A stretch of 44,151 nucleotides of DNA, taken from NCBI GenBank assembly GCA_943350175.1, contig CALQZX010000007.1:1-44151 (forward strand). Direction: 5' to 3'. Below, piece after piece: positions 37,735 to 44,151 of this stretch. The notes beneath the pieces were generated by a model, which saw nothing but the letters and a program-made list of their open reading frames with translations, had not been told where the DNA came from and did not search any database. Made by a program: the position numbers and the translations under genes. Origin of the DNA: Parcubacteria group bacterium. Its GTDB lineage: Bacteria > Patescibacteriota > Microgenomatia > UBA1400 > PJMF01. Position 1 is the first letter of the stretch; each line of letters opens with the position of its first letter.

Positions 37735-38400
37735 TTATTTAGATTTCTTTAAACTCAAAAACTTCTCAAACAGATAATCTTTAAGTTTGAAAAGTAGATA
37801 TAGCAAACCAAGTAAACCAACCCCCATTAGGCCGAGGAAAATTGGATTGCTTTTATTTTGCGTCCAGAAATTTTCTAAAGCGGTCATGCCGTAATAACCA
37901 ACCCAGAGGTAAAAAGCGTTGCGAATCATTACACCTAAGAAAGTGGTAACGATGAAGGAACGCTTGTTATATTTGATTACTCCAGCTCCAGCTGAGACTA
38001 AGCTGGTAGGGATGAAAGGCAAGGCACGGGCAATAATCATCAACAAATCGTCAATCCAAGTTCCAGTCAGAAATGAGCCAATCTGCTCAATGAGTTTGTG
38101 ACTGAGACCAATGTATTTGCCTAGTTTACCTACCACTAAATCCTCAAGTTTGTCAGCTGCGAAGTAAATAATGTAACTAGAAACAGTTTTAGCAATAGAA
38201 GCAACCGCCACTAAGAGGAAGAGTTGCAAGAAAATATAACCTTGAGCTTGAGCTAGGGCAGCCGCTGTGGTCATTACGAAAGGTGAAGGAATAGGAGCAA
38301 TTATTTCTTCCAAGAAAGAACCAATCACAACAAAGAGTTCTAAATTTATGGTTTTGGATAAAGTTTCTAACCAGGCAACGATTTGATCAATAATTGACAT
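37735..38400 (-). CDS. DedA/VTT (SNARE-associated)-family membrane protein
   Basis: SFLEEIIAPIPS, ARALPFIP, SAGAG; several TM segments; ATG at 38400 preferred. Confidence 0.85.
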   Translation of the reverse strand: MSIIDQIVAWLETLSKTINLELFVVIGSFLEEIIAPIPSPFVMTTAAALAQAQGYIFLQLFLLVAVASIAKTVSSYIIYFAADKLEDLVVGKLGKYIGLSHKLIEQIGSFLTGTWIDDLLMIIARALPFIPTSLVSAGAGVIKYNKRSFIVTTFLGVMIRNAFYLWVGYYGMTALENFWTQNKSNPIFLGLMGVGLLGLLYLLFKLKDYLFEKFLSLKKSK

Positions 38401-38468
38401 AGGATTTGATGTTAGCACAAAAAATAGCTATTTTCTTACCCTAAATATTGTCCAATCTTGATTGACGA

Positions 38469-40100
38469 TTATGTTTTTAATTTGAACCCTAGTTTTTTAA
38501 GAACATCAGAGCTTTTTGCAAAAACCCTATCGCTGTCCTTTAGCTTGTTATAGCTTTGACATTCAGAAAGCAATTCTTCTATGATTGGACTAATGCTGGT
38601 TAGATAAACATTTTTGCCCTGATTTTCTATCAGTTTAATAATTTCATCTAAAGCTTCAGCACCATCTAAATCCATATAATAAACGCTTCTAAATCTTAAA
38701 ATAACATTTTTATAACCATTCAAGCTTTTGTGAAAACGTTCAACATGAGCTTCACTATTTATATAACAGAGAAGACCTTTGAAAGAATAAAGAATTGTGT
38801 CTGAATCTTTAACTATTTCCTCAATTGTATCTCCGCTTATTCTACCTGTCATTTTATTGTTGGTATTTAATACCAAATCAAATTGTCCTCTAGAGAGCTT
38901 TTCTAGTAAAAGGAGTGAAGCGACTGCTACTCCAAAAAGGATTCCAACAATAGGATCTTCTACAATAGTTATGGTGGCAACAAGAAGAGAAACTATCAGG
39001 TTTTTTTTATCATACTTAAACATGCGAGAAAAATGTTCGGTTTCAACCATTTGAATTGCTACATAAACAAGAATAGCTGCGATTACTGCCAGAGGAATAA
39101 ATTTAAAATATCCAAGTAAAAATATTGAAATGATCGCTACGCTAACACTACTAATTGTTGATGAGACTTTATCAGTTGCCCCAGTTTTGATATTAAGCGA
39201 GGTTCTTGCTAAGGCAGCAGTGGCCGGCAATCCTCCCATAATTCCAGAAGCAATATTGGCTAAAGCCAAGCCTCTCATTTCGTTTTGTTTGTGATGCTTC
39301 GTTTTAGTCATACCATCGGCTACTTTGGCGGACAGCATTGTTTCTAGTATTGCCACCAGAGCTACAGCTAATGATGGCCCGATTAAATTGTGGCTAAGTG
39401 AAAATGGATGAGCTAAAAATGGAGAGAAGCTCATCGTTGGATGCAGAATTCCCAAAGTCTTAATTGTTAGCGGAATTAAATGGTTGGCTGAGAGTATGCC
39501 AATCACGATGCCTAGTGGAGCCACAAAAATTGCTCCTGGTAATTTTGGCAAGAATTTTTTAAAGGCAAACAAGGCGATAAGGGCCAAGCCAAATAAAGAG
39601 ACATTGGTTGGAGAGGCAGCACCTATGTGTTTCAGTGATTCAATGACATTTTCAATAAATTTTTCATGAGAAGTTAATCCAGATAAACCAAGTGCAAAGT
39701 TTAGTTGATTGAGTCCAATGATAAAAGCAACTCCCAGTGTAAATCCATGAATAGCTCCTCCTGGTACAAAAACCAAGTAACGCTCTAATTGTAAGAAGTA
39801 AGCTGCCAGGATGATCAATCCAGAAGTAATGGCTAGCATTGGTAAAGCATCTGCCCCATTGGCTATGGCGAAAGTGGCTAGTATTCCAGATAAAGCTCCA
39901 GTTGGTCCAACTACATTAAAGTTGCTTCCACCAAATAAAGCTGCTACTAAGCCTGCATACACTGCCGTAACGATTCCCATCACAGGAGAAGCATGCGAAG
40001 CCACTGCTAAAGAGACTGATAAAGGAATAGATACTAGAGAAACTGTTAGACCAGATTTCCAATTTTGACTTAAATTAGTTAAGAGTTTTTTCATTTTCAT
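38469..40100 (-). CDS. SulP/SLC26-family anion transporter with C-terminal STAS domain
   Basis: GLTVSLVSIPLS, VGPTGA, PATAALART, IPLAVIAAIL, YYMDLDG. Confidence 0.95.
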   Translation of the reverse strand: MKMKKLLTNLSQNWKSGLTVSLVSIPLSVSLAVASHASPVMGIVTAVYAGLVAALFGGSNFNVVGPTGALSGILATFAIANGADALPMLAITSGLIILAAYFLQLERYLVFVPGGAIHGFTLGVAFIIGLNQLNFALGLSGLTSHEKFIENVIESLKHIGAASPTNVSLFGLALIALFAFKKFLPKLPGAIFVAPLGIVIGILSANHLIPLTIKTLGILHPTMSFSPFLAHPFSLSHNLIGPSLAVALVAILETMLSAKVADGMTKTKHHKQNEMRGLALANIASGIMGGLPATAALARTSLNIKTGATDKVSSTISSVSVAIISIFLLGYFKFIPLAVIAAILVYVAIQMVETEHFSRMFKYDKKNLIVSLLVATITIVEDPIVGILFGVAVASLLLLEKLSRGQFDLVLNTNNKMTGRISGDTIEEIVKDSDTILYSFKGLLCYINSEAHVERFHKSLNGYKNVILRFRSVYYMDLDGAEALDEIIKLIENQGKNVYLTSISPIIEELLSECQSYNKLKDSDRVFAKSSDVLKKLGFKLKT

Positions 40101-40251
40101 AATTGTAAAAAAATGTATTGTAACCCCGATGTTTTTTTAGAACAAGACTGCAATGAAATATGAAAAAGGTATTTATAAAATGCTTAGCAAACATTGGGAT
40201 GAGATACGGAGCACCTAGGTCTGAAACCTGTGCTTTCTTATAATAATGATT

Positions 40252-40677
40252 TTAAGTTAGAGATCTCTCTCCTAAGTTTTCAGCCAATCGTAATAAGTAA
40301 CCATCTGGGTCTTGTATTAAGAATTGTCTGTTACCAACTTCCTTGTTTCCTTTTCGATACCATTTCTCTTCTGTCACTAAAAAAAGACTTAATCCTTCTT
40401 TTCTAATATTTCCCAAAAGAGTATCTAGGTTTTCTACTTTAATTTGAAAATTAATCCCTCTTCCTAAAGGATATTTAAGCTCACTTGTCTTCCAATCACG
40501 TCCTATCCCAATTTGGTCTATCATCATCTGAGCTTCACCTAAAACTAAGAAAGCGAAGCCTTCTTCTTCTCGTTGATAAGAAATATCAAAACCTAACACT
40601 TTTGTATAAAAATGAAGACTTCTTTTAAAATTGGTAACGCTTAATTCTGGAATAAGTTGGTTAGAAATAATGCTCAT
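40252..40677 (-). CDS. VOC/glyoxalase/bleomycin-resistance-family protein
   Basis: LIPELSV, SLHFYTKVLGF, YPLGRGINFQI, EKWYR, QFLIQDPDGYLLR; start set at ATG 40677, 6 nt after TATAAT. Confidence 0.92.
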   Translation of the reverse strand: MSIISNQLIPELSVTNFKRSLHFYTKVLGFDISYQREEEGFAFLVLGEAQMMIDQIGIGRDWKTSELKYPLGRGINFQIKVENLDTLLGNIRKEGLSLFLVTEEKWYRKGNKEVGNRQFLIQDPDGYLLRLAENLGERSLT

Positions 40678-40791
40678 ATCTTTATTATACAGGCTTTTAA
40701 ATTGAAAAATGTTCAACTCAGGCAAATTTAGCAAACCTCATTAACCAATTAAGGAGTATTAGGCAAGTTTATCAGAACTTTTCAACAAATG

Positions 40792-40874
40792 CGGAGGTGA
40801 CAGGATTCGAACCCGTGGAGCCGTGAGGCTCACGCTTTCCAAGCGTGTGCAATTGACCACTATGCGACACCTCC
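40792..40874 (-). tRNA. tRNA-Ser (anticodon GGA)
   Basis: Acceptor stem GGAGGTG/CACCTCC, discriminator G, anticodon arm CACGC-TTGGAAA-GCGTG, variable arm GAGCC-TCAC-GGCTC, T-loop TTCGAAT; CCA not encoded. Confidence 0.97.
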
Positions 40875-40894
40875 ATTTTTCAAAGAACTGTCAA

Positions 40895-40903
40895 ATTATA
40901 TCA
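40895..40903 (-). promoter_or_regulatory. Extended -10 promoter of tRNA-Ser
   Basis: Minus strand TGATATAAT 20 nt upstream of the tRNA 5' end. Confidence 0.55.
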
Positions 40904-40910
40904 GAAAAAA

Positions 40911-41324
40911 TTACAAATGAGCTTCAATTAATTTGGAAAAAGAGTTATTTGCCATTGTTTGCACGAGTTTTTCTTTATCAAGGAATTCAAAAGAAACAAT
41001 TTGTTCTTTTAGATCCGGATTGTTTTTCGTTTCAAGGTTCGATTCCTTGTTCTTTAGAGTGCAAAGAAATGTTAAACACGTGGCATGGGTGCTTTTATCT
41101 TCAGTAAAGAATTGATAGTAACCCAAAAATCTTTCGATATTTATTTCGGCGTTCAACTCTTCCTTTGCTTCTCTTAGCAAAGCCATTTCTGGAGTTTCGC
41201 CAAATTCAATTTTTCCTCCTGGAAGATCATAATATAAATTGCCGCTAAGGAGCAAACGACCGGCAATAATCAGATATTTACCATCTTTTTCAATTAAAGC
41301 TTTGGCGGCGAGGCGAGTTTTCAT
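40911..41324 (-). CDS. Nudix hydrolase
   Basis: Nudix box PGGKIEFGETPEMALLREAKEELN. Confidence 0.93.
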   Translation of the reverse strand: MKTRLAAKALIEKDGKYLIIAGRLLLSGNLYYDLPGGKIEFGETPEMALLREAKEELNAEINIERFLGYYQFFTEDKSTHATCLTFLCTLKNKESNLETKNNPDLKEQIVSFEFLDKEKLVQTMANNSFSKLIEAHL

Positions 41325-42032
41325 TATCTAGTTTTTCCCGTGAGTATTTTTCTAATTAGTTTCAATTTTCTTTTAAATCCTTCAAGTCCCACGTTTTTTC
41401 TTTCTTTATTCTTATACATGGCCCGATCAGCTCTATTGCGTAATTCCTCTAGGTCATTGTCTATATTTTTGTCGTAAACGGCAATGCCAAAAGAAAATTT
41501 AGCGGGAAGATTTTTCATTTTCTGCAGCAATCTCATTTTTTCATTGAGTTCTTCCTCAAATTTTGGATTGTTGTTATTATTGTGACAAATAATAAGAAAC
41601 TCATCACCGCCGATTCTTACAACTTCATTTAATTGTATAATCTCATCACCTTTTCTAAAAACTAAACTAAAAAAAGTTGCAGCTTCTCTGAGTACTTTAT
41701 CTCCTGCTGCATGTCCTCCTCTTTCTTCATCATTAACTTCTTTAAAATCATCAAGATCGATAACAATAATAGCTATTTCCTTATTATCTTTCTCTTTATC
41801 AAATTTATTTGATTTATATTCTTCGTAATATCTCCTGTTTTTTTACTCTTGTTAGAGGATCATGATGTTCCTCATTCTTAGCAGCTCGACCAGTTTCTAA
41901 TTCTTCACGAATTCCATTCGCAGCTTTTAATGCGGGAAGTTGTAAACTATCATTTTTCTCTGGTTGAGGAAAAAGCTTTCGCCAGTTGGGGTTGATGCCA
42001 TTTCCATTATCCATACTTTTACCATAAATCAT
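41324..42032 (-). pseudogene. GGDEF-domain (diguanylate cyclase) gene interrupted by a 1-nt frameshift in an A7 run
   Basis: Removing one T from the T7 run at 41838-41844 joins ORFs 41814..42032 and 41324..41536 into 235 aa with DPLTRVKNRR, DLDDFKEVND, GHAAGDKVL, RIGGDEF (GGDEF at 41597-41611), SFGIA, ADRAMY. Confidence 0.92.
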
Positions 42033-42062
42033 GTTTTTTATTCTATCATTTATTTAGACAAC

Positions 42063-42091
42063 AAAAAACGCCGGGCTTTCGCTCGGCGTTT
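42063..42091 (-). terminator. Intrinsic terminator of the RRM gene
   Basis: Minus strand AAACGCCGAGC-GAAA-GCCCGGCGTTTTTT. Confidence 0.85.
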
Positions 42092-42110
42092 CCAATTTTG
42101 ATCTTAAAGA

Positions 42111-42473
42111 TTAATATCTACGATCTCTGTTTTGTTGTGGTCTGCCACCACCGAAGGAACGACCGCTGTCTCTACGAGGGAAGCTATCGTTTCTTGGCTC
42201 ACGAGGACGAGCGATGTTAACAACCATCTCTCTGTCTTCTAACACGTAGCCAGCCATCTTATCGATAGCAGCTTGTGCAGCAGATTCGTCGGCAAATTCT
42301 ACGAAAGCGAAACCCTTTGAACGGCCGGTCATTCTATCAGTGATTAAACTGATTTGGGTAATTTCACCAAATTCAGAGAACAAACTCTGTAAACCATCTT
42401 GGGTCATGCTGAAAGGCAAATTACCCACGAAGATTTTTTTCTTGTTCTCTTTGTTGTCAAATTGATCTGACAT
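42111..42473 (-). CDS. RRM (RNP-1) RNA-binding protein with Arg/Gly-rich tail
   Basis: RNP2 IFVGNL, RNP1 KGFAFVEF, DRMTGRS, VNIARPRE; ATG 42473. Confidence 0.96.
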   Translation of the reverse strand: MSDQFDNKENKKKIFVGNLPFSMTQDGLQSLFSEFGEITQISLITDRMTGRSKGFAFVEFADESAAQAAIDKMAGYVLEDREMVVNIARPREPRNDSFPRRDSGRSFGGGRPQQNRDRRY

Positions 42474-42558
42474 AAATACTTCTTCTTTCTTGAGACTACA
42501 TCTCAAGACAATTAATACTGAGGTGTATTATAAGCCTAGATGGGCTAATTAGATAGTC

Positions 42559-42813
42559 CTAATCCATATCTTGATCTAAAACCTGATATCCAACTTTTTG
42601 GATGGCTTTTTTCAAACTTTTCAGATCTGTTTTCTCTTTGTCAAAGTAAACAACTGACTCTGCCTTGGCATAGCTAGTTGTAGATTCAATTACACCGTCA
42701 ACTTCCTCGAGAGCGTTGTCGATTGAGAGTCCACAGCTGCTGCAATGTAAACCAGAGAGTTTGAAAGTAACTTTTGTACCTTGAGGCTGTTTTTTCTTGA
42801 ATAAATTGAACAT
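42559..42813 (-). CDS. Heavy-metal-associated (HMA, CopZ-like) chaperone
   Basis: GLHCSSC metal-binding loop, VDGV, AIQKVGY; ATG 42813. Confidence 0.9.
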   Translation of the reverse strand: MFNLFKKKQPQGTKVTFKLSGLHCSSCGLSIDNALEEVDGVIESTTSYAKAESVVYFDKEKTDLKSLKKAIQKVGYQVLDQDMD

Positions 42814-42833
42814 ATTTCCTTTAATTAAATTAA

Positions 42834-43901
42834 TTAAATAACTTCCATAACTCCAGTATACATACCCATCGAGCAAGAAAAGGTAAATTTGCCTTTTTCT
42901 TCTGGTGTAAAAGTAAAAACTTGATTGGAATTTGATTTGACGACTGTGCTGATGTCAAATTCTCTGAATACAAAAGCCTGAGCACAAGAGTAAACGTCGC
43001 CGCTTTCCAGAGTTAATTCTACTGGAATACCTTTCTTAACTTTAAAATATTTTGGCACATAGCCATTGTTTTTGATATTAATGGTGACTTTTTGTAAGTC
43101 ACCAACTTGTTTAACTGCTTGGTTTTCTGTTTTCTTTTGCGTAAAACGCTCGTCAGAGAAGAACCAGCCGATTTTTTCCGTAATTTTATAAATAGTAATT
43201 GGCGAATCAACGACAATGAGCGCAGCATTGAAGCTATAAATTGCTAAAGCAATAAGAATGGCAGCAGCTGTTTTGTTGAAAATTTCTCTCCAGGATTCTG
43301 TAAGCTTGGCTGTAGCAATTCCAAGTAAAGCAAAAAGAGGAGATGTTCCCAAAACAAAAGCACCCATAATCAAAGCTCCCTGCATTGGGCTACCACTAGC
43401 GATGGCTAGGATTTCCATGCTTTGAGTGACGCCACAAGGGATAAAGACACTGAATAAACCTAAAGTTGCTGGAGCAAATAAAGCCTCGTTTTTACTAGAG
43501 TTTCTAATTAGTCTTCTCAAAAAATTGGGTGGTTGGAATGCCAGGTGACGAAAGATCGGATGCACATCTAAAAAGTTCATTGCAGTAGCGAACATGAAAA
43601 GAGCAGTGAAAATTTGTAAAGTTAATTGCAAGTTTTGACTAATAGCAAAAACTGAGCCAAGTCCACCAAGTAAAAAGCCAAGAATAATGTGAGCGATTAG
43701 TTTGGTGCTAAGAAACATTGTTACTGGCAGCCAATCCATTTGATCGATTTTGTTCAGAGAGTTTGCTTTGGAATTTTTATCTCCATCTAATTCTCGTTTT
43801 TTCTGATTAGCGATAATGCTAGTCAGTAGACCGCCTTGCACTGCGGCACAAGAAACGCCTCCAGTAGTTAGTCCAGTTAAAAAGATTGCCCAGAGATTCA
43901 T
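42834..43901 (-). CDS. DsbD_2/TauE-like membrane protein fused to a C-terminal cupredoxin-like domain
   Basis: [16 protein letters not shown], multiple TM; C-terminal [24 protein letters not shown]. Confidence 0.85.
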   Translation of the reverse strand: MNLWAIFLTGLTTGGVSCAAVQGGLLTSIIANQKKRELDGDKNSKANSLNKIDQMDWLPVTMFLSTKLIAHIILGFLLGGLGSVFAISQNLQLTLQIFTALFMFATAMNFLDVHPIFRHLAFQPPNFLRRLIRNSSKNEALFAPATLGLFSVFIPCGVTQSMEILAIASGSPMQGALIMGAFVLGTSPLFALLGIATAKLTESWREIFNKTAAAILIALAIYSFNAALIVVDSPITIYKITEKIGWFFSDERFTQKKTENQAVKQVGDLQKVTINIKNNGYVPKYFKVKKGIPVELTLESGDVYSCAQAFVFREFDISTVVKSNSNQVFTFTPEEKGKFTFSCSMGMYTGVMEVI

Positions 43902-44151
43902 AATTTTTGCCCTTTCAAACGTAGTGCGTTGCCAACCACAGTGACGCTAGAAAAGGCCATAGCCAATCCAGCCAGCATTGGATTTAATAATAAGTTGAAA
44001 TTAGTATACAAAGCACCCATAGCTACTGGAATGAGGATAATGTTGTAGGCAAAAGCCCAGAACAAATTCTCTCTAATGTTGTTAAAAGTTAATTGCGAGA
44101 GACGAATGGCTTTGGGTATCAAGGAAATATCGCTGTGGAGCAGAGTAATGC
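43898..44151 (-). CDS. Heavy-metal (Cu+-type) P1B ATPase, C-terminal fragment
   Basis: [36 protein letters not shown] (YN and MxxSS motifs of Cu+ ATPases); truncated by window end. Confidence 0.92.
   Translation of the reverse strand, partial: ITLLHSDISLIPKAIRLSQLTFNNIRENLFWAFAYNIILIPVAMGALYTNFNLLLNPMLAGLAMAFSSVTVVGNALRLKGQKL

Noticed and set aside
26212-38440. Identical 13-mer CTATTTTCTTACC upstream of the LTD gene (26212-26224) and the DedA gene (38428-38440)
   Set aside because: Only two copies, AT-rich, not palindromic and at different distances from the starts; plausibly chance
40153-40218. 21-aa plus-strand ORF (MKYEKGIYKMLSKHWDEIRST) followed by a small hairpin
   Set aside because: No convincing promoter or SD and too short to support
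40823-41115. Plus-strand ORFs overlapping the tRNA and Nudix genes
   Set aside because: Antisense to a clear tRNA-Ser and a Nudix-box gene
1-44151. Alternative genetic code (TGA=Gly/Trp or TAG recoding)
   Set aside because: TGA ends rplN, rplX, sufS and iscS, TAG ends tuf, rpsJ and purB at expected positions, and no conserved gene needs readthrough
1-44151. CRISPR array, transposase, integrase, intron or intein
   Set aside because: No regularly spaced repeats or mobile-element motifs seen; SufB and the visible part of RpoC have no intein-sized insertion

Overview
AT-rich bacterial chromosome segment using standard genetic code 11 (TGA and TAG both act as stops). It is most consistent with a Patescibacteria/CPR (Microgenomates-like) organism: rpmD (L30) and map are absent from the spc cluster, many r-proteins carry long Lys/Ala/Glu tails, few genes have Shine-Dalgarno sites and several look leaderless. 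The taxonomy is inference. Bases 1-24.3 kb are one contiguous rpoC-str-S10-spc-alpha-rplM/rpsI supercluster, with a single foreign-looking ORF between tuf and rpsJ that has an in-frame TAG at codon 10. Bases 24.3-26.7 kb hold a small ORF, an HU-like protein with an unusual arm, VanZ, a lamin-tail-domain protein and a cytochrome b5-like protein. Bases 26.7-33.8 kb are an operon of a 4-Cys ArsR-family regulator, sufC, sufB, a short sufD, sufS, sufU, DUF1858, a NifS/IscS-type desulfurase and a CxxC+C-type mnmA. Its promoter lies inside a perfect 16-6-16 palindrome, making it the best candidate for an undescribed system: a self-regulated Fe-S/tRNA-thiolation module. Downstream are purB-purA-(GMP reductase-like), DedA, SulP, a VOC protein, tRNA-Ser(GGA), a Nudix hydrolase coupled to a GGDEF gene frameshifted in an A7 run, an RRM protein and the end of a copper-type P1B-ATPase operon. 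In non-coding sequence, long hairpins sit between an SD-like element and the start codon of both tuf and rplC, and the S10 leader is structured. All calls come from reading the sequence; no database searches were run.
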